NCBI GenBank assembly: GCA_903879985.1 | Contig: CAIRNR010000007.1 | Coordinates: 649,925-713,924, forward strand | DNA from: an uncultured candidate division WWE3 bacterium | GTDB lineage: Bacteria > Patescibacteriota > WWE3 > UBA101185 > UBA10185 | Reading direction: 5' to 3' | DNA: 64,000 nt | Part shown: in pieces, positions 8,567 to 17,721 of the stretch | How positions within the stretch are numbered: the stretch's first letter is position 1 | Layout: each line of letters begins with the position of its first letter | Notes under the pieces: model-generated | What the model saw: only the letters and a program-made list of their open reading frames with translations | The model's database searches: none | What the model was told of the DNA's origin: nothing | Position numbers and translations under genes: made by a program

Positions 8567-9205
8567 ATGTCAGGATTAATTAGCAAGGGATTAAAAAAGG
8601 CGCTTAAGGAAACGCGGATTGAGTATAAAGTTCCTATCAGAGACCTAATGCATAACCCGAAAGGATTTACAGTAAACACAATGCCTTACGATGGTGAAGC
8701 CATGGCATATTGCGATGTATTGGTATTAAACCAGGAAGAAGGACTAGCTGCTTTTCCCATTGACTCCGAATTTAAGCGAGGCTTTCCGGGCGCTGATGTA
8801 CTTTTTGATTTCTTTATGAATTGGCCGGCAATCGTGGCCACAAAGGAAATCGTTGTGGTTGATTCGTTTATCGCAACAGATGACGATATTATTAGGCGGA
8901 ATATCTTCTTTTCGTCTCCATACATAGAGTCGTGGTATGACGGATGTGAACAAGAACCGGAGTATGTGCGTCCCCGAGAAATAGTCAAAGAAGTTAATGC
9001 CTTCATACGCAATACTTGGATAAAGACGCATCCTCGCAAAACTCCTAATGTTATGCCCATATACGACAGGCAAACCATTATGGCGTTGATTTCCAACGAT
9101 ATTATTGAAGGTGAATATTATTCGAGACGTACTGCGTTAGTTCTGCTAAAAGAGTTTCAGGTGATTAAGAGGCTAATTAATACACTCGATCAATTGAAAT
9201 CCTAA
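8567..9205 (+). CDS. hypothetical protein B2 (212 aa), paralog of 6990..7592
   Basis: Carries the same conserved motifs as B1, with the duplicated leader upstream. Confidence 0.55.
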   Translation: MSGLISKGLKKALKETRIEYKVPIRDLMHNPKGFTVNTMPYDGEAMAYCDVLVLNQEEGLAAFPIDSEFKRGFPGADVLFDFFMNWPAIVATKEIVVVDSFIATDDDIIRRNIFFSSPYIESWYDGCEQEPEYVRPREIVKEVNAFIRNTWIKTHPRKTPNVMPIYDRQTIMALISNDIIEGEYYSRRTALVLLKEFQVIKRLINTLDQLKS

Positions 9206-9265
9206 TATAGCAATAGGGAGGTACCTGGAAGCTTTACAGCACCAAATACCTCCTTAGTTCTAACT
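9206..9265 (+). repeat. repeat module copy 3 (hairpin only, degenerate)
   Basis: GGGAGGTAcctggaagctttacagcaccaaaTACCTCCT at 9216-9254. No leader element follows. Confidence 0.55.
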
Positions 9266-9301
9266 ATATGTAGTGCTAGTGCTCAACCATTTTGAGCGCA
9301 G

Positions 9302-9376
9302 AAAAGCCCGAATATTTGTGTGTTAATCGGAAGGTAGGACCGATTAACTTAAACACAACATGTCCGGGCTTTTTTG
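9302..9376 (+). terminator. rho-independent terminator closing the accessory block
   Basis: A long imperfect hairpin AAAAGCCCGaatatttgtgtgtt...aacacaacatgtCCGGGC is followed by TTTTTTGTTTT. Confidence 0.55.
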
Positions 9377-9433
9377 TTTTCACGGCTATTATTAGATATA
9401 GCGGCCGACCAGCTTTGCTGGTAAAATCACCCC

Positions 9434-10546
9434 ATGCTATCAATCGGAATCGTCGGACTACCAAACGTTGGAAAATCCACACTATTTAACGCACTACTTA
9501 AACGCCAAGCTGCACTCGCGGCTAATTATCCTTTTGCCACCATTGAGCCTAATGTTGGTATTGTTGATGTTCCTGATGAGCGTTTACAAACATTAGCTCG
9601 TTTTGTTCAAAATGATTGTGGACGTACTGCGGGAACTAGGGAAGTTCCAGAAAAAATTACACCGGCACTTATTCGTTTTTATGATATTGCCGGACTTGTT
9701 AAGGGTGCTTCTCAAGGAGAAGGTTTAGGAAACGAGTTTTTGGGTCATATACGTGAGTGTGACGCTATTGTTCAGGTTGTGCGTGCATTTACGGATGAGA
9801 ACGTTATTCGTGCTGGTGCTACAGAACCTAAGTCTGATATCGAAATTATAAATACGGAACTTATACTGGCCGATCTACAATCTTTGGACAAGAAGCTTCA
9901 GAACCTTGAAAGAGAATCAAAAGTGGCTAAATCCAAGGACGATATGACAAAGTTAGACATTTACCGCAGATTAAAGGCAACTTTAGACGAAGGTACGTTG
10001 GCTAAAGAAGTTCCACTAACCGAAGATGAAAAATACCTCGTTAAAGATTTAAATTTGCTTACACTCAAGTCTATGATTTATGTTTTGAACGTAGATGAGG
10101 GAAAATCGGGAGAAGAACTTACCCAAAACATAGGCATACCCGCGCAGAATCAACTAAGGATTTCTGCAAAAATTGAGTCAGAATTAGCCGAATTTGAACC
10201 GGAAGAGCGCAAAAGTTACATGGAAGCAGCAGGGATTGAATCAACAGGCTTAGATTTACTTATTAAAAAGGGTTACGAGATTTTGGGACTTGAAACATTC
10301 TTAACCATGGGCCCAAAGGAAGTTCGCGCTTGGACTTATGAAAAAGGATCAAAGGCGCCACAAGCGGCAGGAAAGATACATACTGACTTTGAAAGAGGCT
10401 TTATATCGGCTGAAATTATTAATTATGAAACTCTTTGTTCAGTAGAGAGCTTGAAAAAAGCCAAGGAACAAGGTTTAATACGCTTAGAAGGCAAACAGTA
10501 CACAATGAAAGACGGGGATGTGGTAGAGTTCAACTTTAGTGTATAA
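9434..10546 (+). CDS. ychF: ribosome-binding ATPase YchF (Obg-family GTPase)
   Basis: G1 motif 'GIVGLPNVGKSTLFNAL' and a C-terminal TGS-like domain. Confidence 0.85.
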   Translation: MLSIGIVGLPNVGKSTLFNALLKRQAALAANYPFATIEPNVGIVDVPDERLQTLARFVQNDCGRTAGTREVPEKITPALIRFYDIAGLVKGASQGEGLGNEFLGHIRECDAIVQVVRAFTDENVIRAGATEPKSDIEIINTELILADLQSLDKKLQNLERESKVAKSKDDMTKLDIYRRLKATLDEGTLAKEVPLTEDEKYLVKDLNLLTLKSMIYVLNVDEGKSGEELTQNIGIPAQNQLRISAKIESELAEFEPEERKSYMEAAGIESTGLDLLIKKGYEILGLETFLTMGPKEVRAWTYEKGSKAPQAAGKIHTDFERGFISAEIINYETLCSVESLKKAKEQGLIRLEGKQYTMKDGDVVEFNFSV

Positions 10547-10707
10547 CAAGCGTGTAAAATTAGTTTGACCAAACGCTTGCATTTATGCTACATTTTCTGT
10601 ACTATTCATTGGTTTTGGGGAATCTATTGCCACTAGATTATGTCTAATGGACAGTTACTTTTTGATAAAGCATAATGTGACTGTCAGGCAAAACAAAAAA
10701 AACGTTT

Positions 10708-10986
10708 ATGAAAAATTACGAAATAATGACTATATATAAAAGCAACCTCGGCGATCAAGCCGCTAAAGATCTTTCTACAAAGGTCCAAGAAGCTGTTACC
10801 GTATTAGGTGGCACAATTTCTAAAGCTAACTTTTGGGGAAAAAGAAAATTTGCTTATGAACTAGATAAAGAAAAAGAAGGCTACTATGACGTAGTTAACT
10901 TTGAACTTGATCCAGCTTCTATGGCGAAATTAAAGACTAAATTGAAATTATTAGATGGTTTGGTGAGATATTTAATTACGGCTTAA
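10708..10986 (+). CDS. rpsF: 30S ribosomal protein S6
   Basis: 'MKNYEIMTIYKSNLGDQAAKDL...' and typical S6 length. Sits in the rpsF-ssb-rpsR operon context. Confidence 0.8.
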   Translation: MKNYEIMTIYKSNLGDQAAKDLSTKVQEAVTVLGGTISKANFWGKRKFAYELDKEKEGYYDVVNFELDPASMAKLKTKLKLLDGLVRYLITA

Positions 10987-11010
10987 TGCCGGGAGGGTAT
11001 TTTAAAACAT

Positions 11011-11478
11011 ATGGCGTCAAGAAACCTTAACAAGGTACTACTCATAGGAAACCTCACACGCGATCCTGAGATGCGATATACTCCTCAGGGAAATGCAGTA
11101 GCAAGTTTTGTAGTGGCCACCAACAGAGAATGGGTCACACAAGGTGAAAAAAAGCAGTCAGTTGATTTTCACAATGTTGTTGCATGGAACAAATTGGCAG
11201 AAATTTGCGGTCAATTACTTAAAAAAGGTGTTAAGGTTTACGTTGAAGGAAGACTCCAAACCAGAGATTGGGTTGGCGAAGATGGTAAAAAGAGATATAA
11301 GACTGAAATCGTTATCGATGACATGATTCTCTTAACAACTAAGAGAGACGGTACCGACGAAGCAGGCATGGACGGTGAAACAGAAGAAATGGGCGGAACC
11401 GAAACTACCACTTCATCCTCGTCAGATGAAATTAACTTAGATGATATTGATTTAGGAGATTTAGATACTTCTAAATAA
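11011..11478 (+). CDS. ssb: single-stranded DNA-binding protein
   Basis: OB-fold N-terminus 'VLLIGNLTRDPEMRYTPQGNAVASFVVATN'. The acidic tail ends in '...DDIDLGDLDTSK', which is not the canonical DDDIPF tip. Confidence 0.8.
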   Translation: MASRNLNKVLLIGNLTRDPEMRYTPQGNAVASFVVATNREWVTQGEKKQSVDFHNVVAWNKLAEICGQLLKKGVKVYVEGRLQTRDWVGEDGKKRYKTEIVIDDMILLTTKRDGTDEAGMDGETEEMGGTETTTSSSSDEINLDDIDLGDLDTSK

Positions 11479-11547
11479 ACTAGAAAGACATTAGATTCAA
11501 GCCTTCGGCTTCGGGCCGGAGGCGGGAATCGTTTTTAGGAAAAAAAT

Positions 11548-11811
11548 ATGGCAATACAAAAAAGAAAACCACAAAATAGAACAAACAGACCAAGACCAGC
11601 TAAAAATGTTGGTGATCACTTTGCACAAACAGGTACTACACCTGACTACAAAGAAGTTTTGGTATTAAGAAGATTCATTAGTGATCGTGGTAAGGTTTTG
11701 CCACAAAAATACAGTGGATTAAGCTCAAAATTTCAAAGATTAGTTTCTAAAGAAATTAAAAAAGCTAGATTCATGGGACTTTTACCCTACACTGATCGTC
11801 ACGCTCTTTAA
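11548..11811 (+). CDS. rpsR: 30S ribosomal protein S18
   Basis: 'VLRRFISDRGKVLPQKYSGLSSKFQRLVSKEIKKARFMGLLPY'. Confidence 0.8.
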   Translation: MAIQKRKPQNRTNRPRPAKNVGDHFAQTGTTPDYKEVLVLRRFISDRGKVLPQKYSGLSSKFQRLVSKEIKKARFMGLLPYTDRHAL

Positions 11812-11864
11812 TCAGCAAAACTACTATTCCAAATGTTCTGCTTTTCGCGTATATTTGTCTGGTT

Positions 11865-12287
11865 ATGAAAAATTTCCGTAAAACATTGAGAACAATATTA
11901 TTGGCTACGTTAATACCAATTGTGGCGATAGGTTGTTTAGTTGGCGGTTACGTTTATGGGAATAAAAGTTTTGCCTCACAGATAAAAAAGAATCCACCAA
12001 AAATTGAAGTTCTAAATAAAGCTCAACCTGATGTCAAAGGAAGTAATACTGAAGATTTCGTTTTGTTCTGGCAAGTCTGGGATATGGTTACGCAAACTTA
12101 TTTATTACGTCCGGTGGATCCTCAAAAAATGATGGACGGCGCTATAACGAGTGTTCAAGCTTACTTCGCGACTACTGATCCTAACGCAACTACTGCACCA
12201 ACTTTACAAAGTATTTCCACTGAAAGTTCTCAAAGCACAACTTCAGTTACGCCATCGCCAACTATACCAGCGATTGAGAGTAAATAA
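11865..12287 (+). CDS. membrane-anchored protein duplicating the N-terminal module of the adjacent S41 peptidase
   Basis: A TM helix is followed by 'DFVLFWQVWDMVTQTYLL', which matches 'FSKFWQVWDASIAN' in the next gene. The Thr/Ser-rich tail has no PDZ or catalytic part. Confidence 0.5.
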   Translation: MKNFRKTLRTILLATLIPIVAIGCLVGGYVYGNKSFASQIKKNPPKIEVLNKAQPDVKGSNTEDFVLFWQVWDMVTQTYLLRPVDPQKMMDGAITSVQAYFATTDPNATTAPTLQSISTESSQSTTSVTPSPTIPAIESK

Positions 12288-12289
12288 AT

Positions 12290-13501
12290 ATGACATATAA
12301 AATGTTCCAAAAAATTCTAAAAACAATTTTACTTTTCGTTGGACTATTCTTTGCAGGTTACTACATTGGCGTTAGGGGAATTATTTTTGATGTTTCTATA
12401 AAGAAGCCATATTCTTTTGCCGTAAAAAACCAGCTTGCTTACAGCACTAAGGTTGATTTTAGTAAATTTTGGCAAGTTTGGGATGCGTCCATTGCAAATC
12501 AAAATAAAGCTACTGTAGATAAACTTTATTACAACGCGATGGTAGGTATGGTTGGTTCATTAGGCGATCCATATACCGCTTTTTTGCCGCCTCATGTAAA
12601 CAAAACGATAGGGGATGACCTTAATGGAAAATATCAAGGTATTGGTGCTGAGCTTGGTATGGATAACGGACAACTTATGGTTGTTGCTCCAATTGATGGT
12701 TCACCTGCAAAAGCAGCGGGACTTAAATCCGGAGATAAACTTTTAAAAATAGACGGTGTTACTACTGCAGGCATTACTGTTTCAGAGGCTGCAGGAAAAA
12801 TTAGAGGTGATGCTGGAACAGTTGTTGTATTAACTGCAAAAACCGGTGATGATCCCGAGCGTGATATTAAAATAACTCGTGGTGTTATATCGGTTGCTAG
12901 TGTTAAGTGGCAGGACAAAGGAAATGGGGTTGCCTATATTCGTATCAGTAGCTTTGGTGCTAAAACCAATGTTGAATGGGACAAAGCCGTTTCTGATATC
13001 ACAATGCAAATGTCTGAACTTAATACAGTAGTTGTGGATGTTCGTGGAAATCCTGGAGGTTATTTACAGTCAGCAGTTCATATAATAGAAGAATTTTATA
13101 ACGGAAAACCAGCGCTTTGGGAGGAAGATGCCGCCGGAAAGCAAACTCCACTTATGGCAAATAGATATGGAAGCTTTATGAAAGTTCCTACTGTATATGT
13201 ATTAATCGATCAAGGTAGTGCTTCAGCTTCTGAAATTGTTGCTGGTGCATTGCGTGCAGAAGTTCATGCTAAGTTGATTGGAGTTAAATCATTTGGAAAA
13301 GGTACTGTTCAGGATGCTCAAGATTTTAAAGATGGCTCCGGTATTCATATCACCATTGCTAAATGGTTAACACCAGACAAAATTTGGGTTCATAAAGTAG
13401 GATTGACTCCTGATGTTGTTGTCGAAATAACTCCAGAGGATGTTAAAAATGGCGTTGATCCACAGTTAAATAAGGTTCTGGAATTTGCCAATCCTAAATA
13501 A
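12290..13501 (+). CDS. ctpA: C-terminal processing peptidase (S41 family) with PDZ domain
   Basis: PDZ 'GLKSGDKLLKIDG', plus 'VVDVRGNPGGYL' and 'TVYVLIDQGSASASEIVAGALR' (the Ser/Lys dyad region). Confidence 0.8.
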   Translation: MTYKMFQKILKTILLFVGLFFAGYYIGVRGIIFDVSIKKPYSFAVKNQLAYSTKVDFSKFWQVWDASIANQNKATVDKLYYNAMVGMVGSLGDPYTAFLPPHVNKTIGDDLNGKYQGIGAELGMDNGQLMVVAPIDGSPAKAAGLKSGDKLLKIDGVTTAGITVSEAAGKIRGDAGTVVVLTAKTGDDPERDIKITRGVISVASVKWQDKGNGVAYIRISSFGAKTNVEWDKAVSDITMQMSELNTVVVDVRGNPGGYLQSAVHIIEEFYNGKPALWEEDAAGKQTPLMANRYGSFMKVPTVYVLIDQGSASASEIVAGALRAEVHAKLIGVKSFGKGTVQDAQDFKDGSGIHITIAKWLTPDKIWVHKVGLTPDVVVEITPEDVKNGVDPQLNKVLEFANPK

Positions 13502-13522
13502 AAGTAGTAGTTTATTTTTATT

Positions 13523-14668
13523 ATGCAAACGAAATACAAACCTATTGTAGGAATCTTTTGGATAATACTTTTTGTCACACTTATCGGATTGCTTTCATTC
13601 CGTTTTAATCCTAATGCCAATAACAGTATAAAAAGTTTTGTAAGTAATATGGAGAATCGTTTTACTTCGTTAGTTAAAGGTACGCCCTACAAAAGTTCAA
13701 ACATAGTCTCTAACCAAGAGGTTGTTCAAGAGGAATCAAGTACGATTGATGTTGTAAACAAAGTTTCACCAGCTGTTGTTTCTGTTGTTATTCGCACAGT
13801 TAGTTTTAATAGATATTCCGGACCTTCTTCTACAAATCAGGGGATTGGTACAGGTTTTATAGTATCTTCGGATGGTCTAATTGTAACCAATAGTCACGTT
13901 GTTTATGATACCAGTGGGCAATATGCCGTAGTTTTAAAAGATGGCACTACATACAACGTTAAGACTGTTAACCAAGATTCTGTTTCAGATTTAGCCATTT
14001 TAAAAATTGATGCAACAAATCTTCCAACAGTTACTTTAGGAGACTCAGAAAACATAAAAGTTGGACAAACAGCGATTGCAATTGGCAATGCTCTTGGTCG
14101 ATTTGATAATACTGTAACCAAAGGAGTCATTTCTGGTGTTGCTCGTGAGCTTCAAGCCGCGTCTCCAACTGGGGATATAAACACTTACGAAAATGCTATT
14201 CAAACTGATGCATCGCTGAACCCAGGAAACTCAGGTGGTCCGTTATTGAACTCTGCAGGAGAAGTAGTAGGTATCAATGTTGCTACAGCAAGCGCCGAGA
14301 ATATTAACTTTGCGATTCCAATTAATAACTTAAAACCAATCTTAGCCGGTTATTTAGCAACAGGAAAAATTGTGCGTCCGTTTTTGGGTGTTGGGTATAG
14401 CATGATTAGCAAAGAAATTGCGGCACTGCAAAGATTGCCTGAAGGAGCTTTTGTATCAAGGGTACTGGCAAAGTCACCCGCAGATAAAGCAGGGTTACAA
14501 AGTGGGGATATTATTAAAAAACTTAATGATGTGAATCTTTCGGAATCAACAACGTTGTCTATGGTTTTATCAAAATATAAAGTAGGGGACACAATAACGT
14601 TGATTATTGATAGAAGTGGTAAGGAAATGACGTTAAAGGCTACATTGGCCGAAGCTTCAGGTAACTAA
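13523..14668 (+). CDS. htrA: HtrA/DegP-family serine protease with PDZ domain
   Basis: Catalytic triad context 'TNSHVV', 'DLAILKI' and 'NPGNSGGPLLN', plus a C-terminal PDZ 'GLQSGDIIKKLND'. Confidence 0.85.
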   Translation: MQTKYKPIVGIFWIILFVTLIGLLSFRFNPNANNSIKSFVSNMENRFTSLVKGTPYKSSNIVSNQEVVQEESSTIDVVNKVSPAVVSVVIRTVSFNRYSGPSSTNQGIGTGFIVSSDGLIVTNSHVVYDTSGQYAVVLKDGTTYNVKTVNQDSVSDLAILKIDATNLPTVTLGDSENIKVGQTAIAIGNALGRFDNTVTKGVISGVARELQAASPTGDINTYENAIQTDASLNPGNSGGPLLNSAGEVVGINVATASAENINFAIPINNLKPILAGYLATGKIVRPFLGVGYSMISKEIAALQRLPEGAFVSRVLAKSPADKAGLQSGDIIKKLNDVNLSESTTLSMVLSKYKVGDTITLIIDRSGKEMTLKATLAEASGN

Positions 14669-14703
14669 ACTAGTTCGCACAGCACTTCCTATACGCTGCT
14701 TTT

Positions 14704-15690
14704 TTACTCGGCTAACTGATTTTCGTGACCTTCTGTTCCTATTAAACTGCACGCGCGCAATATTTTATCTATATCACCGTTCATAATCATTCCGATACCG
14801 TGCCATGATTCGTTTATTCTGTGGTCGGTTACACGATCTTGTGGAAAATTATATGTTCTTACTTTTTCGTTACGTTCGCCGTTTCCAACCTGACCTGTGC
14901 GCAAATCGGCAACGTTTTTGACCTGCTGTGTTTGCATTTCCTGGTATAAACGTGAACTTAGTATCTCCAAAGCTTTTGTGCGGTTTTTTCCTTGAAATCT
15001 TTCTTCCTGGCATTCAACAATAACTCCTGTTGGTCTGTGGATTAAACGCACGGCTGTAGAGACTTTGTTTACGTTTTGGCCACCTTTTCCGCCTGATCTA
15101 AAAAATTCCCAAATTAAATCATCAGGATGAATTTCAATATTAATTTTTTTCAGTTTTGGTAATACCGCGATAGTGGCAGTTGATGTGTGTATTCGGCCAC
15201 CAGACTCTGTTACAGGCACTCTTTGGACTCTATGGACGCCAGACTCGTTTCTTAGTAATGTGAACACGTCCTTGCCTCGTAACTCTGCTGAGATTGTTTT
15301 AACTCCACCTGCATCATTTTCTGATTTAAATACTTCTTCCATTTTCCAGTTGTGAGTTTCAGCATATCTCTCGTACATGCGGTAGAGTTCTGCAGCAAAT
15401 AGGGCAGCTTCATCGCCACCGGTTCCTGCACGAATTTCAATAGTAGTTAAGTTTACGTTAACGTTGCTTTCTCCGTTGTCGTTATCTGAGGCATCTTCTT
15501 TGACTCCGTTTTCAATATCACTCAGTGTTTTTTCTAATTCGGCTTTTTGGTTATTTAATGAGGTGATTTCTTCCTCAACCAACTGCTTAAACGCAGCATC
15601 ATCACTTGTTTGTAAAAGGTTTTGATTCGATAAAATATCAACATCAAGCCTTTGAATTTCGTTTTTTAAGTACAAAAGTGTTTGATCCAT
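14704..15690 (-). CDS. prfA: peptide chain release factor 1
   Basis: GGQ motif 'GGKGGQNVNKV'. The codon-recognition region 'RVQRVPVTESGGRIHTS' is the RF1 P-x-T type, not the RF2 SPF type. Confidence 0.8.
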   Translation of the reverse strand: MDQTLLYLKNEIQRLDVDILSNQNLLQTSDDAAFKQLVEEEITSLNNQKAELEKTLSDIENGVKEDASDNDNGESNVNVNLTTIEIRAGTGGDEAALFAAELYRMYERYAETHNWKMEEVFKSENDAGGVKTISAELRGKDVFTLLRNESGVHRVQRVPVTESGGRIHTSTATIAVLPKLKKINIEIHPDDLIWEFFRSGGKGGQNVNKVSTAVRLIHRPTGVIVECQEERFQGKNRTKALEILSSRLYQEMQTQQVKNVADLRTGQVGNGERNEKVRTYNFPQDRVTDHRINESWHGIGMIMNGDIDKILRACSLIGTEGHENQLAE

Positions 15691-15737
15691 ATTTAAAGTG
15701 TATTACTTAGGAGGGAATTAAAAAATAACTTCGACAT

Positions 15738-16073
15738 CTACTGATTATTAGCTTCAGTTTTTTCGGTTTGTTTTAACAATTCTTTAAGGTCTTGAGTTTT
15801 TGGTTCTGGAATTCTTTGATTTCTGACTTCTTTAGCTTTTTTAGCGGCAATGTTTTCTTTTTTCTTTTCTTCGGCAACCAAGAATTTCTTGTTAAACTTG
15901 TCGATTCTTCTTTCGGTGTCTACGAATCTTCTTTGTCCTGTATAAAAAGGATGGCAAGCACTACAAATTTCTACCGAAATAGCTGGTAGTGTTGAGATTG
16001 TTGTAAATTTGTTGCCACAAGCACATGTGACTACGGTTTCCATATTTACTTTTGGATGAATATTACTTTTCAT
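15738..16073 (-). CDS. rpmE: 50S ribosomal protein L31 with Lys-rich C-terminal extension
   Basis: 'MKSNIHPKV...CACGNKF...[11 protein letters not shown]' contains a CxxC...CxxC zinc ribbon. A tail of about 40 aa follows. Confidence 0.75.
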   Translation of the reverse strand: MKSNIHPKVNMETVVTCACGNKFTTISTLPAISVEICSACHPFYTGQRRFVDTERRIDKFNKKFLVAEEKKKENIAAKKAKEVRNQRIPEPKTQDLKELLKQTEKTEANNQ

Positions 16074-16147
16074 ACGAATGGCAGTATACCAGTATTTTTT
16101 TATTATTACAAGCGTTGGATAGGCTTTAGTGCCGCTGTATATAGGAA

Positions 16148-16190
16148 AAGAAAGCCCTCGGAGAATTTTTTGTTTTCTTCGAGGGTTTAG
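16148..16190 (-). terminator. intrinsic terminator downstream of the lipoprotein gene (bidirectional appearance)
   Basis: CCCTCGgagaattttttgttttcttCGAGGG, followed by a T-rich tract on the minus strand. Confidence 0.45.
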
Positions 16191-16194
16191 TGGA

Positions 16195-16614
16195 TCACTT
16201 GTCGCACGGTACGTCCTTTAATGAGGACTTTACTACCGTTTTTTCGCCAGAGCGCATGTCCGTGTTGTAGTAGAACGTATAGCACTTGTCGATTTTGTCT
16301 TGGTATGAAAGCCATTCTTTCTCATCTTCCACGTTCATGGCATACGAGTAGCTGGAGTCCTTAAAATATACCCAGCGCGATGTTGTTTCATTTGGCATGG
16401 GCAGCTCTCCGAACTTCGACTCGTACGGTTTAGGGGTCCACGTTGTGTCTTGTGTGGCCTTTACCTCGATACCCTTAGGCGATATGATCTTGGTGACCGA
16501 CTGCCAGCCTGGACCAGTTAATTTTGCTCCGGTCTTAGTGCTAGGTAGGCAACCGCTCAAGAGCATGCTAGCCAGGATTACCAAAAGTATATAAATCCGA
16601 AAATTCAGTTTCAT
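16195..16614 (-). CDS. putative lipoprotein
   Basis: Signal peptide with lipobox 'LLSGC'. No family assigned. Confidence 0.5.
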   Translation of the reverse strand: MKLNFRIYILLVILASMLLSGCLPSTKTGAKLTGPGWQSVTKIISPKGIEVKATQDTTWTPKPYESKFGELPMPNETTSRWVYFKDSSYSYAMNVEDEKEWLSYQDKIDKCYTFYYNTDMRSGEKTVVKSSLKDVPCDK

Positions 16615-16715
16615 AGCTCTTCTCCTTTTTCTATTGATGGTTTATGAAAATTACAAGAATTTTAACAGGTGTAACCTATAGGGTCAAGTTTCGCTGTTTC
16701 TTGTAGGTTATGTAT

Positions 16716-17717
16716 TTAGTCGTGATTAGGTGCACACTCGGCGAGTATTACGCCCAAAGCGATAAACGCGGCTCCAACGAGCATATATTTGTTTGGCACT
16801 TCACCAAGTAGCCAAAAGGCAAATGGGAATGTAAATATCGTTGAAAGATAAGAATAAATAGCCGTGTCAGCTACCTTTGCGTATTCAAACGCCCACTGGG
16901 ATAGCATGTATGCGATTATGGATGAAAAAATAACCATAAACAGTAATCCAAAAACCGCCGTAGGGTTTAAAGCAAACAAATCGAAATTCGGGTAACCGTT
17001 AGTTGACATTCGTTCAAGCACTGCAAAAGGTAAAAGTGTAACGATTCCAACATAAAACGAAAGTGTAACAATTAAACTTGGTGAGTATTTACGAACCATT
17101 GGTTTTATATGCACAAAACTTAGGGATTTCTTTAAAATTTTAGAACGTTCGCCCATGCTGAATTTTGACCATATTACGTATATCAACCATGCTAAACCAT
17201 AAATTAAACCTAATGCATTTCCAAAAATTCTACTGGATATAGCTATATTACTGGCGTTGTCGGCAAAAGCTGGTTCTAAAATAATAAATAGTGTTCCAAT
17301 AGAAGCGATAATTAGTCCTATTGTCATTTGGCGGCTAACTTTTTCTTTATAAAAATAATGACCGGCATACACCGATAAAACCGATCCTAATACCGAGATA
17401 ATTGTGTAATCCAATACCGTTGTGTACTTTAAAGCTACAAATACTAAAGCAATCGAACTTTGTGAAAATAATCCGAGTAATACAAAATTAAAAATATCTT
17501 TTCTATCTACCGGCTCGCGATGTAATTTATATACGGCGTAGGGCAGCAAAATAATTCCGACGAGTAAAAATCTTAAGAATAGAAAGGTAAAAGGTGGAAT
17601 ATATTCGAGCGTGAGCTTTATTACAGGTCCTGCAGCTCCCCAAATAAAATTGGCTATCAATAACGCTAGTTGGGCGTAAAGTACTTTTTTGGGCAGTTTG
17701 GGGGCAAATGCAAACAT
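16716..17717 (-). CDS. EamA/DMT-superfamily transporter
   Basis: About ten predicted TM helices and an N-terminal 'LIANFIWGAAGPVIK' EamA-like motif. Confidence 0.55.
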   Translation of the reverse strand: MFAFAPKLPKKVLYAQLALLIANFIWGAAGPVIKLTLEYIPPFTFLFLRFLLVGIILLPYAVYKLHREPVDRKDIFNFVLLGLFSQSSIALVFVALKYTTVLDYTIISVLGSVLSVYAGHYFYKEKVSRQMTIGLIIASIGTLFIILEPAFADNASNIAISSRIFGNALGLIYGLAWLIYVIWSKFSMGERSKILKKSLSFVHIKPMVRKYSPSLIVTLSFYVGIVTLLPFAVLERMSTNGYPNFDLFALNPTAVFGLLFMVIFSSIIAYMLSQWAFEYAKVADTAIYSYLSTIFTFPFAFWLLGEVPNKYMLVGAAFIALGVILAECAPNHD

Positions 17718-17721
17718 TAAG

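Noticed and set aside
6813-9265. Considered the repeated hairpin-plus-leader modules as integron attC sites or cassette boundaries
   Set aside because: There is no intI-type integrase adjacent; the Xer-like gene is about 25 kb away. The repeats lack the R''/L''-L'/R' GTTRRRY architecture and carry promoter and RBS features. They are kept as a regulatory or terminator module.
9276-9489. Two mutually overlapping 65-68-aa ORFs on opposite strands upstream of ychF
   Set aside because: Both lie across the long terminator hairpin and the ychF start. They are reading-frame artefacts of the inverted repeat.
16676-16690. Motif CTATAGGGTCAAG(T), reminiscent of a T7-type promoter core, seen at 16676 and twice near 33598-33628
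   Set aside because: It is only a 13-14-mer. Chance recurrence of a k-mer this short is expected several times in 64 kb on two strands. There is no phage RNAP gene or consistent downstream gene context.
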